In this document: positions 38,636 through 48,101 of the stretch, one piece after another
Position numbering within the stretch: the stretch's first letter is position 1
How the letters are laid out: the number at the start of each line of letters is the position of its first letter
NCBI GenBank assembly: GCA_965261255.1
Contig: CBDHCQ010000004.1
Coordinates: 3,150,604 to 3,214,603 of the forward strand
Source: Rhodothermales bacterium
GTDB lineage: Bacteria > Bacteroidota > Rhodothermia > Rhodothermales > Bin80
DNA: 64,000 nt
Direction of reading: 5' to 3'
Translations under genes and position numbers: made by a program
The notes under the pieces: model-generated
The model's input: the letters and a program-made list of their open reading frames with translations, nothing else
What the model was told of the DNA's origin: nothing
Databases searched by the model: none

Positions 38636-39645
38636 TACTCTTCTGGCATGTCTTCCGCCAGACTCAGGGCCCCTTCGGCACCACTGAACAGCGGATCTTC
38701 AATGGGTGTGATCGTGAAATGCCCATACTCCTCCAAGGCAGTAGCGAGGGCTTCAGTTATGCCACGAATTTGACTTCCACCGCCTGCTAAATAGATACTG
38801 TTCCGGATCCGCTCCTGGAGCATCGGTTCGTACGTACTCAGAAGATCAATGATTGTCTCTGCTATACCTGGTATCAAAGAATCACAGGCCCGGCAGATTT
38901 CCTTGGTGATGTCATGCAACTGAAATTTGCCGGCAATCGGCAGTTTGACCCTAACGGGTTCACTTGCTCCAGAAACAGAGGCGTGCTTCTCCTTCAATTC
39001 ACGCACCATAGTTTCACTTATAGGTGTGTTGACGAAGCGCTCCGACAGCAGGTCGTAAAGCTGCTGATCGATATGATCCCCCGCGGCGCGCATTGAGCGC
39101 TGATCCTCATCACTCGGCATCGTGCCATGCATGACACAGAAATCAATCGTGCCTGCACCAATGTCAACGATACAGGCGTTATTGAGAGCGCCGAGTCTAT
39201 ATGCCACTGCGAACGGTTCCGATACCAGCATCAGAGTGTCCGCCCATTCACCCACAGCATTGCGTATTGCAAGCTTATTGACCCGCAGAGCCTCAGCGGG
39301 CACGCCAACGGCAGCATAAATTTTCTGCCCATCCTCTGGTTCTGCCAGCGATATCAAATGCCGAATCAGTTCACGAACAGCCTTTTCGTCTTTGGCTGTT
39401 CCGTCCCTGATTACACCGTGCTCCAAAGGGCGAACCAAGTTGACTGAATTCCGATGCTCAATGGCATCCGTTCCAACGAGCACATCACGCTTGAGCAACT
39501 TGCGTGCGATAAAATCACGGGGCCAGCCGACATAGCTGTGAATCCACTTGCGCTTACCATTATCAGCAGCAATGGCACTTCGTGAAGTTCCCAGATCAAT
39601 ACCGACGCGCAGAATATTATTGGATGTTTCAGATTGATGCGACAT
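38620..39645 (-). CDS. MamK-like bacterial actin (actin-like ATPase)
   Basis: Co-linear with magnetosome MamK as recalled: 'GIDLGTS', 'YVGWPRD...LL.R..LVG.DA', 'VGVPA', 'VSEPFAVAY', 'IVDIGAGTIDFC', 'LAGGGSQIRG', C-terminal 'DPLFSGAEGALSLAEDMPEEYW'. Confidence 0.75.
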   Translation of the reverse strand: MSHQSETSNNILRVGIDLGTSRSAIAADNGKRKWIHSYVGWPRDFIARKLLKRDVLVGTDAIEHRNSVNLVRPLEHGVIRDGTAKDEKAVRELIRHLISLAEPEDGQKIYAAVGVPAEALRVNKLAIRNAVGEWADTLMLVSEPFAVAYRLGALNNACIVDIGAGTIDFCVMHGTMPSDEDQRSMRAAGDHIDQQLYDLLSERFVNTPISETMVRELKEKHASVSGASEPVRVKLPIAGKFQLHDITKEICRACDSLIPGIAETIIDLLSTYEPMLQERIRNSIYLAGGGSQIRGITEALATALEEYGHFTITPIEDPLFSGAEGALSLAEDMPEEYWENM

Positions 39646-39650
39646 ATAAA

Positions 39651-40649
39651 CTAATTAGCAAATGTTATAGAACTATCCTCTGTGGAAAGATAAGAGATAA
39701 TACCGGATTCAAGACCGATAGCCAACTGCTCTCGGTAAGCATCATCCAGCAAGTTTTGTTCTTCTTCCGGCATTGAAATTGCGGTTATTTCAGCAAGTAC
39801 TGCCGGCACTTTCGTGTTCAGGAGCACTGTAAAAGGCCCAGATCTCGTCCCCCAATCATGAATCCCGGGATTGATTTCGCGCATAGTTGAAATCATCGCA
39901 TTCTGAATGTGCGTGGCCAATCGGCGACTGTCTTCATCTCGCACGGTTTGCCCTAGTGCTTCAAGACTGTTTTGCCATTGGGCGACACTATAGCCAGCAT
40001 TGAAATTCTCCCGAAGAGCCAAAGCCTCCGCGCGAGCATCTCCGCGCGGACTGAAATAATAAGTCTCAATAAAAGCCACTGTGTCAACAGGAACTGAATT
40101 GACATGAATTGACACAAAAAGGTCTGCCTCGTGAGCCCGTGCATCTTCGACCCTTTTCCGGAGGCTCACGCTAACATCCTGTCGTCGTGTGAGAACCACA
40201 TTATAGCCTCGAGACCTCAGTCGCCTTGCGAGACGCAAGGCAACATCAAGTGTAACGGTTTTTTCGTGCAGGCCAACCGGTCCAGAGGCACCGGGATCAT
40301 GACCGCCATGCCCCGGATCAAGTACGATCGTTCTCACGTCAAGACCATAAACACGGGATAAGGGTATGTCTGTTGTGCTCTCGGACGCAACAAATTCATC
40401 CTGAGATGCAAGTATGCGCTGGTCAGGAGATGTAAGTAGTTCAACAGAGCTTACTGGTTCAGCCGTACCGTCTTCTTCTATGCCACCGACCATCAGGGCA
40501 ATCACAATGACCAGAAGCGAAATACCCATAGACCACCATACTGTTGTTCTCCTTTGTTTTGAGACAGTATGCCCAACGAGTTTCTGATTATCCTCAAAAA
40601 CACCTCGAAGTAACGCCTGCCGTTGACTCCCGGGGTTACGTGATCTCAT
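39651..40649 (-). CDS. Membrane-anchored N-acetylmuramoyl-L-alanine amidase (Amidase_3, AmiC-like)
   Basis: N-terminal TM. 'VLDPGHGGHDPGA...EKTVTLDVALRLARRL...VLTR...DLFVSIHVNS'. Confidence 0.85.
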   Translation of the reverse strand: MRSRNPGSQRQALLRGVFEDNQKLVGHTVSKQRRTTVWWSMGISLLVIVIALMVGGIEEDGTAEPVSSVELLTSPDQRILASQDEFVASESTTDIPLSRVYGLDVRTIVLDPGHGGHDPGASGPVGLHEKTVTLDVALRLARRLRSRGYNVVLTRRQDVSVSLRKRVEDARAHEADLFVSIHVNSVPVDTVAFIETYYFSPRGDARAEALALRENFNAGYSVAQWQNSLEALGQTVRDEDSRRLATHIQNAMISTMREINPGIHDWGTRSGPFTVLLNTKVPAVLAEITAISMPEEEQNLLDDAYREQLAIGLESGIISYLSTEDSSITFAN

Positions 40650-40676
40650 CGTTGGTCAATTTTCGCAATGACAGAA

Positions 40677-41570
40677 TTAAACAGCCACAGGAGCTTTGAT
40701 AGCCGGATGACACTTATAGTCCCTGAGTGCAAAGTCGGCGTACTCATAATCAAGTAATGTTGCCGGCTTCCTTAAGATATGCAAAGTTGGCAGTGGATAA
40801 GGAGTACGCGTAAGTTGCTGCCTTACTTGATCAAGATGATTCAGATAAATGTGTGCATCTCCGATAGTGTAAACTAAATCCCCTGGTTCAAGGCCTGCCT
40901 GCTCCGCTATAAGATGGGTTAAGAGCGCGTACTGAGCAATATTGAACGGAGCACCCAGGAAGAGATCGTTTGATCGAATGTAAAGCTGACAGGACAGTCG
41001 GGTGTCCGAGGCGGAAAGCTGGAAGAACATATGACAGGGAGGAAGTGCCATCCGATCTATTTCTCCTGCATTCCATGCGCTCACAATATGACGTCGACTC
41101 CAAGGTTTTCGTTGAAGGGAGTCCATGACAGATGCTATCTGGTCTACACCGGAGAATGAACGCCACTGCTTGCCATAAACAGGACCCAAATCCCCCCATT
41201 TTTCGGCAAACCCTTCTTCGTTGCGGATGCGTTCTTCAAACTCTTTGAGACGCACTGACCATTCGTCAGAGTCCGACGGTGGAACCGGGAGCTTACGATA
41301 CTCGAGATAATACTTCAGCGGCCATGCGGTCCAGATTGAGATTCCCTGATCGACCAGCGGCTTGATATTCGTAGAACCAGACAGGAACCAGAGCAGTTCG
41401 CACGCCAACCCCCGAAACCAAACACGTTTAGTTGTACAAATCGGAAACCCCTCCTTCAGTGGGAATCGCATCTGATATCCAAAAACACTGACCGTTCCAG
41501 TTCCTGTGCGATCACTGCGCTCATGCCCGTTCGTCATGACATGCCGCAACAAGTCCAAATAGAGATGCAT
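40677..41570 (-). CDS. thyA: Thymidylate synthase
   Basis: 'DRTGTGT.SVFG.QMRF', 'LPPCH.FFQ', 'QRS.D.FLG.PFNIA.YALL' pattern throughout. Confidence 0.95.
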   Translation of the reverse strand: MHLYLDLLRHVMTNGHERSDRTGTGTVSVFGYQMRFPLKEGFPICTTKRVWFRGLACELLWFLSGSTNIKPLVDQGISIWTAWPLKYYLEYRKLPVPPSDSDEWSVRLKEFEERIRNEEGFAEKWGDLGPVYGKQWRSFSGVDQIASVMDSLQRKPWSRRHIVSAWNAGEIDRMALPPCHMFFQLSASDTRLSCQLYIRSNDLFLGAPFNIAQYALLTHLIAEQAGLEPGDLVYTIGDAHIYLNHLDQVRQQLTRTPYPLPTLHILRKPATLLDYEYADFALRDYKCHPAIKAPVAV

Positions 41571-42315
41571 CCGCAGAAGCTAATAAGAATAATCAACTTG
41601 CGTCGGTCAAAAATGATCTTTTTCGTGGCCGTAAAATCCAGAAGCCGTTCACAATGATTGCGACCAAATTATAACCGATTATACCAAAAATGAAGTTCCG
41701 TTGACACGGTTTTCAACCAGTTGACAATTAGAGGTGCGTGACCGAGAATACGGTATACAGTCACAGGATAATGCTTCCAGCTTCAGCACTATATCGGCAG
41801 AGTCCAGACGTTTTGCGTGTTGCCCAAATAGCAGACTATTGCAACGACAAGAGAATCGTTATCCACCCGTCAGCAGGCACCTCCATTCTGAATCACCTAG
41901 AAATCAATTTTGCTTAGGGCCAGCTCCATCCTAAACAACGGCACAAAAACAATATTTGCTCGCTTGAGCTCACACTGTCCTGCATCCGGTTAATAACTAT
42001 CCCGGATCATACCGGGCAACAATTAGCGTCCATGGCCTCACGTTGATGTCCAGCATTGACGGTCTCACCAAAAGGGGTAATCTGCTCAGCAATTGAATTC
42101 TCAAATCTAGGTTTATGAGACAAGAGGATTACCAACCCTGATCAAGTACAACACCTGCCGGTGTACCACGAACGTACACCGGACCCCAAGAGCTACGGAT
42201 TATGTAATTTAGGTTCAGAGTTCAGAAAGCTGGACGGCAATAAATCACTTTACTGCGTACCACTAGTCCTAATAAGAATTCTTAATCTGATCACGGCATT
42301 ATAATCGGCTGAAGT

Positions 42316-42576
42316 ATGGATCCCAATCTGCACCAGAAGCAAGGTATCACACATCTGGAGAAAGTTTTACAATATGCCCCAATGGTTGCTAATGGAAATA
42401 AGGCGGTGGTACATTTGACCAGAGAAGACTGGTATGTGGTCGCTGATACGCTTTTCCGGATGAACACACCGAAGGAGTTTATACCGAGTAGTATCGCGGA
42501 TTTCCGTCTGAGCGATGATCACCAGGCTATAGAGCTGGAAACAGAGGAACTGCAAATCAGGCTTGAAATGTTCTAA
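42316..42576 (+). CDS. Hypothetical small protein (86 aa)
   Basis: Isolated ORF in an AT-richer, ORF-poor 1.1-kb gap. No motif recognised. Confidence 0.3.
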   Translation: MDPNLHQKQGITHLEKVLQYAPMVANGNKAVVHLTREDWYVVADTLFRMNTPKEFIPSSIADFRLSDDHQAIELETEELQIRLEMF

Positions 42577-42688
42577 GAACTGCGTCGCGGTGGCAGTTCT
42601 TGGAAATTCGTGGCCACGCTCACATAATGATAACCCTAAGAGGCAACCGTCGTTATTTTGTTTGCAGCTTGCCAATTCTTAGACCGAC

Positions 42689-43927
42689 ATGACGGACTCC
42701 AAGTCTCCAAAAATCCTGCTGGTTGGCACCTTGGACACCAAGGGGGAGGAATATGCTTACGCACGGGATATTATTCGGTCGAGGGGCCTGCATCCCATCC
42801 TGATGGACGTGGGAGTAATGGGGCAGCCGCAATACGAGCCGGATATTTCAGCAGGCGAGGTCGCCAAGGCTGGTGGCGAAGATATTTTAGCTCTGAGAGA
42901 AAGGGGTAGTCGCAGCTATGCCTTGGATTTTTTGACACGCGGTGCTGTGAATCTGGCGAGGAATATGTCCTCTCAGTTGGCAGGCGTTTTGGCACTCGGT
43001 GGTTCTGGAGGAACCGCAGTAGGGACGGCAGTCATGCGGGCGCTCCCAGTTGGACTTCCCAAAGTGATGGTATCTACACTTGCTTCCGGTGATGTGGCGC
43101 CCTATATGGGCGAGAGCGATATCGCTATGATGTACTCCGTCGCGGATATAGCGGGATTGAATCGGATAAGCAGGGTGATCATCAAGAATGCTGCTGATGC
43201 AGTTTGTGGTATGGCCGCGCATAAAATCCCAGAGCGTGTTGATGAGCGACCCCTGATTGCGGCGACGATGTTTGGCGTGACAACTCCGTGTGTCACGCGA
43301 CTGCGTGAGCGTCTGGAGAAGTCAGGGTTTGAGGTAGTGGTTTTTCATGCGACAGGTAGTGGCGGCCGGGCAATGGAAAAACTTATTGCGGATGGATTTT
43401 TTGAAGGCGTTGCGGATGTCACTACCACTGAATGGTGCGACGAGGTGGTAGGCGGTGTGTTGAGTGCTGGTCCCCGACGACTGGAAGCGGCAATTATCGC
43501 TGGCACACCCCAGGTGGTTTCCTGCGGAGCACTGGATATGGTAAATTACTGGGCCCTTGAAACTGTGCCTGCAGCGTTCAGGGAGCGAACACTGCATCCC
43601 CACAATGCTAACGTTACTCTGATGCGGACCAGTCCAGATGAATGTGTTAAGATTGGAAAGGAAATTGGAATTAGACTCAGCCGCGCACGGGCTCCGGTAA
43701 CGCTGATGTTACCGCTCAGGGGAGTCAGTATGCTGGATGCACCAGGAGAGATTTTCTTCGCTCCCGAATCCAATAAAGCGCTTTTTGCATCACTTCATGC
43801 AAACTGTAAATCCTCTGTGACAATCAAGGAATATGATTTCCATATTAACGACCCTGAGTTTGCGGATGCAATCTCAGACGAACTAATCCACAATCTGCAA
43901 TGGAAAAAATCGGCAAGTGCACTGTAA
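42689..43927 (+). CDS. Tm-1-like ATP-binding protein (UPF0261 family)
   Basis: 'KILLVGTLDTKGEEYAYARDII...VMDVGV', ~410 aa, typical UPF0261 layout. Confidence 0.8.
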   Translation: MTDSKSPKILLVGTLDTKGEEYAYARDIIRSRGLHPILMDVGVMGQPQYEPDISAGEVAKAGGEDILALRERGSRSYALDFLTRGAVNLARNMSSQLAGVLALGGSGGTAVGTAVMRALPVGLPKVMVSTLASGDVAPYMGESDIAMMYSVADIAGLNRISRVIIKNAADAVCGMAAHKIPERVDERPLIAATMFGVTTPCVTRLRERLEKSGFEVVVFHATGSGGRAMEKLIADGFFEGVADVTTTEWCDEVVGGVLSAGPRRLEAAIIAGTPQVVSCGALDMVNYWALETVPAAFRERTLHPHNANVTLMRTSPDECVKIGKEIGIRLSRARAPVTLMLPLRGVSMLDAPGEIFFAPESNKALFASLHANCKSSVTIKEYDFHINDPEFADAISDELIHNLQWKKSASAL

Positions 43928-44307
43928 CCCAACCTGAAAGCGTCCAGACTCTGACCTTTCCATGGGGGGACATTTGTTTGCTTAGCGAACCGAAGACCTC
44001 AGGCGCTAATGCATTGACATTCGCATCTGTTGAAGTTCAGCCGGGCACTGGTCATGAACGACATAATCACCCCAATGCTGACGAGATTATTTACGTAGTG
44101 GAGGGAGAGGCCACGCAAATGCTGGATGATCGAAAACCGATCAAAATCACCCCGGGCACTTGCATCTTTGTTCCACGCGGCATTTACCACGGAACCGAGA
44201 ACACGGGAACCTCTGTGCTCAAACTGATTGTCGTCTACGTTCCAGGGGGAGAGGAGTCTGTGCTGAAAAATCTGCCGGATGTAATGATCAAAGACCCCGT
44301 TACATGA
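43474..44307. repeat. Copy 1 of a ~0.83-kb direct duplication (3' third of the Tm-1-like gene + cupin gene)
   Basis: Aligns base-for-base with 45742-46574 (offset 2268, then 2267 after a 1-nt indel). Most positions identical by eye. Confidence 0.85.
43900..44307 (+). CDS. Cupin-domain protein
   Basis: 'GTGHERHNHPNADEIIYVVEGEA...FVPRGIYHGTEN' cupin motifs 1 and 2. Overlaps the Tm-1-like stop by 28 nt. Confidence 0.8.
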   Translation: MEKIGKCTVTQPESVQTLTFPWGDICLLSEPKTSGANALTFASVEVQPGTGHERHNHPNADEIIYVVEGEATQMLDDRKPIKITPGTCIFVPRGIYHGTENTGTSVLKLIVVYVPGGEESVLKNLPDVMIKDPVT

Positions 44308-44604
44308 GCCTGTCTTTAAGTCTGCATACCTTGGGTTGATGACGCAAAGAATCCAAATGAGCAAGGATGGGAGGCGGGCATACCATAAGGGAGACGTTTG
44401 ACGAGGCACTTGGTTGTGCGCTTCGGGGGCCTGTGACCGTTGGTCAGCGAATCCAGAATGTATCAAAGTTGAAGAGATCCGGCTCCTGCACACCAACAAA
44501 TGAGTGAGACCCTTTATCATTTTAACCGCCGTATAAATGCGGCTGTAACAGACTTGATGAGCCATGTTATTTGCGAAATTATTGTAACCCAGTAGGTTTC
44601 ACAG

Positions 44605-45663
44605 ATGCGTAATCATATCATGTTAATGGTTGTTGCTCTGATTGGGATAGGGTGCAATTCAGAGGAGTCTGAGATTCCCGTGGTACAGCCGCAAATGGTG
44701 CCGTTTAGTGAGTTGTTTCAGCCGGCTGACACCATTAGACTGGATGCGTCAGTGCTCGTGGCTCATTACACTTTCATTGATGTTGACGAAGCCGGAAATT
44801 TACTTGTCACTGACGAAGTGAGTCGAATCACGCATTTATTTTCCGCAACAGGAGTGCACATGATGTCATACTCCGCTCCCGATTGTGTCCCCGACGAAGC
44901 TGATTTTGAGCCAGTGAGTTCACGCTTTATCAGCGGCGGGCGTATTGTGGTGATGTCCCGTGCAAGGGGAGGTGCAGTATTTGACCGGAACGGTGATTGC
45001 TTGGTTGGGACCAGGATGTGGAATGATCTCTCAAAATCCATTTGTACACAGGGGGATTCAATTTTCCTGCTTAAGGGGATTCCTGGAGGAAAACCGTCAA
45101 TAAGCGTGTACGACTCTGCATTAGAACATTTGACGGATATTCCGATCCGCTCACCTCGGCTCATCATGTTGAACCGGACCACGGGTGGACTGCCGGGGAG
45201 ATCTCTTGAGTGCTTTGACGATGGTCCGCATTATCTCTATATCGAGGACATGGATTCGTGGCCAGTGCGGGTAGACAGCAGCCGGATTCGACATCGACCG
45301 GACTTCTTCCGGCGGCGGCAAGATGATGTGTCTGGAATTCCGCCTATAGAGCAAATACTTGAGTATCCTTCGGCCATCGCCGTATTTGCGCTTGATAAAT
45401 CCACGCGAATGGTAGCGTTCATTGGATTAGACCAGAAGTGGGCAAGATGGAGCGAAGAATCTGGTCCCATGATTGGGCTAAGCGTAGCCAGCAACGAGAA
45501 CCGATTTCCTGGTCGCAGCACGATTTCGCATATGTTTCCAATTTCCGCTGGTAACGGCGATTTTTACGCTGAAGGGGAGCACGAGCCGCTACCTGACGGC
45601 GAAGTTGGGAATCCCATCTTGATTAGATACAGGTTCATTCCGCCTCAGTCCGATGAAGAATAA
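44605..45663 (+). CDS. Lipoprotein; possibly a distant beta-propeller relative of the A/B family
   Basis: Lipobox IGIGC. Blade-like 'FIDVDEAGNLLVTDEVSRITHLFSATG' but no GEGPGE motif. Family link is weak. Confidence 0.7.
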   Translation: MRNHIMLMVVALIGIGCNSEESEIPVVQPQMVPFSELFQPADTIRLDASVLVAHYTFIDVDEAGNLLVTDEVSRITHLFSATGVHMMSYSAPDCVPDEADFEPVSSRFISGGRIVVMSRARGGAVFDRNGDCLVGTRMWNDLSKSICTQGDSIFLLKGIPGGKPSISVYDSALEHLTDIPIRSPRLIMLNRTTGGLPGRSLECFDDGPHYLYIEDMDSWPVRVDSSRIRHRPDFFRRRQDDVSGIPPIEQILEYPSAIAVFALDKSTRMVAFIGLDQKWARWSEESGPMIGLSVASNENRFPGRSTISHMFPISAGNGDFYAEGEHEPLPDGEVGNPILIRYRFIPPQSDEE

Positions 45664-45741
45664 GCAGTGGCAACTAGTGGTGTGCTTCGTATTGTCGTTC
45701 TTGGCTACGCTAGCATTCCTCGTTGCCGCTCAAAGAATGTT

Positions 45742-46204
45742 CCGACGACTTGAAGCGGCAATTATTGCAGGCACGGCCCAGGTGGTTTCCTGTGGAGCAC
45801 TGGATATGGTTAATTGCTGGGCCCTTGAAACTGTGCCTGCAGCATTCAGGGAGCGAACACTGCATCCCCACAATGCTAACGTTACTCTGATGCGGACCAG
45901 TCCAGATGAATGCGCTAAGATTGGAAAGGAAATAGGAACTAGACTCAGCAGTGCACGGGCTCCGGTAACGCTGATGATACCACTCAGAGGAGTCAGTATG
46001 CTGGAGGCACCAGGAGAGATTTTCTTCGCGCCCGAATCCAATAAAGCACTTTTTGCATTACTCCATGCAAACTGTACTTCCTCTGGGACAGTCAAGGATT
46101 ATGATCTCCATATCAACGACCCCGAGTTTGCGAATGCAATCTCGGACGAACTAATTCACAATCTGCAGTGGAAGAATCGGCAAGTGCACTGTAACCCAAC
46201 CTAA
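45742..46204 (+). pseudogene. Duplicated 3' fragment of the Tm-1-like gene, fused in the track ORF (45653-46204) to a novel hydrophobic N-terminus
   Basis: 'RRLEAAIIAGTAQVVSCGALDMVNCWALETVPAAFRERTLHPHNANVTLMRTSPDE...' duplicates residues ~262-405 of 42689-43927. The N-terminal ~260 aa are absent. Confidence 0.75.
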
Positions 46205-46244
46205 AAGCATCCAGACCCTGACCCTTCATTGGGGAGACATTTGT

Positions 46245-46574
46245 TTGCTTAACGAACCGAAGACCTCCGGCGCTAATGCGTTGACTTTCGCATCTGTTGA
46301 AGTCCTTCCGGGCACTGGTCATGAACGACATAATCACCCCAATGCTGACGAGATTATTTATGTGGTGGAGGGAGAGGCCACGCAAATGCTGGATGATCGA
46401 AAACCGATCAGAATCGCCCAAGGCGCTTGCATCTTTGTTCCGCGAGGTGTCTACCATGGAACCGAGAATACGGAAACCTCTGTGCCCAAACTGATTGTCG
46501 TCTATGTGCCAGGGGGAGAGGAGTCTGTGCTAAGAAACCTGCCGGATGTAATTATGAGGGACCCGGTGGTATGA
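46245..46574 (+). pseudogene. Second cupin copy that has lost its start (ATG->GTG plus 1-nt deletion in an A-run); only a TTG start at 46245 remains
   Basis: Copy 1 'CAATGGAAAAAATCGG' versus copy 2 'CAGTGGAAGAATCGG'. The GTG frame hits TAA after 8 codons. The rest of the cupin frame is intact. Confidence 0.55.
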
Positions 46575-47195
46575 GCGTGTTGTCGAAAGACAACTCCAGA
46601 ATGTATCTGTGGATCCAGGAGGCGTTGAGAGTTACTCCTCTAGTGGAAATTTTTGCGAATGTGTCAGTAGACCCCGCGAGAGTGCAGTCCCCAAGTGATT
46701 TGTGAATTTATCCCTCAGGGTTATACGTATCGCCCGTAAATGAACCCACCAGCCATACCAGAGGGTATCTTTCGATATAACATGTATCACGAATCAATCA
46801 GTCTCTCAATCCTTGAAAAGGCTGGACCCTATTCCCAGTCTGTCATTACAGGATCCGGCTTTGAATTGGAGGACTTCGTTCTGGTGAAACCAAGCTTGCC
46901 CACCGAGGAGCATGTCGGGGGCAAGTTAACGAACCGGTTTCCCCGGAAGTGACGAATAGTACTACCAACAGCATACAGCAGAAGAAGCCAGTAACCACCT
47001 GGCACAGTAGATGATTGATGGCGAGCCGAACGTGACCGCCGAAGGTATTCAAGGCATTTGTGGAAGACGAATGCGTGTGGGCCCCCGCCCGAGGTTCCTT
47101 TCGTACTATGGCTACTGTTGAAGTAGTACGAGGAAGTTTCGGAGTTAAAGGAAAATTGTGGTATCGTAGGGAGTCCGCAGACTGCGTGCTTTGTG

Positions 47196-47633
47196 CTATC
47201 CGTCGTGGCCGTTGAATAGGTATTTGGAGAGCACACGAAGCGGAGTGTACATGGTACCAAACGCGGTACCAAGCATGGCAATTAGGACTCTATAGTCAAC
47301 GTCTATTCCTGGACTTTCTAACCCACTCTGATAAATGAGTACTGCCGTAAACCCCAACCATCCTAATGCCACCAGGCCTGAAATCCATGCAAAGGGAAGC
47401 CTGTATTTGTTTTTCTGATGTTCTTTCTTGGCTAATTCCGCTTCCCTGTCTGCCACAGCCCTTTCCTTCCTTAGCTGTATTTCGCCCCACTCAGATTCCT
47501 CATAATCGGAATCTTCGTCCTCGGCCACGTCCCAATTAATGTCCTCCCAGCGAAGGTCGCGCAGCAGGTCGCGTATACGCTGCGCTTCCTGACCGGGCGG
47601 GCCGACTGGCCCCATACCCGGCTTACTCTCCAT
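47196..47633 (-). CDS. Small protein with an acidic/charged N-terminal half and two C-terminal TM helices; candidate toxin/effector partner of the Panacea-domain protein
   Basis: 'DINWDVAEDEDSDYEESEWGE' acidic tract, then TM1 LPFAWISGLVALGWLGFTAVLIY and TM2 YRVLIAMLGTAFGTMYTPL. ATG 47633 overlaps the upstream stop by 11 nt and is preceded by GGCGAGGG. Alternative starts at 47675 and 47615. Confidence 0.6.
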   Translation of the reverse strand: MESKPGMGPVGPPGQEAQRIRDLLRDLRWEDINWDVAEDEDSDYEESEWGEIQLRKERAVADREAELAKKEHQKNKYRLPFAWISGLVALGWLGFTAVLIYQSGLESPGIDVDYRVLIAMLGTAFGTMYTPLRVLSKYLFNGHDG

Positions 47634-48081
47634 CCCTCGCCGCTCCGACCTTCTTTCGCTTCCTATACTCCTCAAGTATATCCTTTTCAGGAATCACGAC
47701 TCCCCTAGCACCAGTATAATTCTTCGCCCATGCGCCCCCTGTCCAATGCGTAATCCTTATCAGCTTTGAGGCCGATACCAACCCTAGTTCGCTGTAAACA
47801 GCTTCCAAAGTTGTCTTTTCAGTGCCAGGCTGCAACGGGTGTCTATTAAAACCTATACGGGTTATAGTGCTTGATCCGTAAACGCGAACTGCCTTGTATA
47901 GCACCGGGTGCACGGGACCGAATTCCCAAGCTTCAAAGTGCCCCCGAACAAGTGGCTTGTCGAAGTTTCCTAGGTGAACCATGTGAGCAAGATAAAGCAG
48001 CTTTTGGAGCTCAATCTGTGTAAGCGTCCAGTCAGATTCCTTGCACAAATGATTCGCAGCGTCAAGCACTGGTACAGCCAT
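47623..48081 (-). CDS. Panacea-domain (DUF4065 / SocA-GepA-like) protein; candidate antitoxin
   Basis: 'LTQIELQKLLYLAHMVHLGNFDKPLVRGHFEAWEFGPVHPVLYKAVRVYG...SASKLIRITHWTGGAW' follows the DUF4065 pattern (LQKLLYY...G.PLF...FEAW..GPV.P.VY...YG...L...TH...PW). Confidence 0.8.
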   Translation of the reverse strand: MAVPVLDAANHLCKESDWTLTQIELQKLLYLAHMVHLGNFDKPLVRGHFEAWEFGPVHPVLYKAVRVYGSSTITRIGFNRHPLQPGTEKTTLEAVYSELGLVSASKLIRITHWTGGAWAKNYTGARGVVIPEKDILEEYRKRKKVGAARDGE

Positions 48082-48101
48082 GTTGTCGTTCGCTAGTCTT
48101 C

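Larger units (their letters stand above)
45742..46574. repeat. Copy 2 of the ~0.83-kb direct duplication
   Basis: See copy 1. Confidence 0.85.

Noticed and set aside
42158-42182. Perfect 9-bp hairpin CCGGTGTAC-N7-GTACACCGG (and a smaller CCCGG-N6-CCGGG at about 42004) in the 41.6-42.3 kb gap, as possible terminators or an RNA element
   Set aside because: No U-tract on either strand and not adjacent to a gene end. No further structure or conserved motif was recognisable by eye.
46575-47195. ORFs 46740-46952 (+) and 46829-47281 (-) in the gap between the cupin duplicate and the Panacea module
   Set aside because: No motifs. They overlap each other and the 2-TM gene, and the composition looks like decayed DNA. 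Left unannotated.
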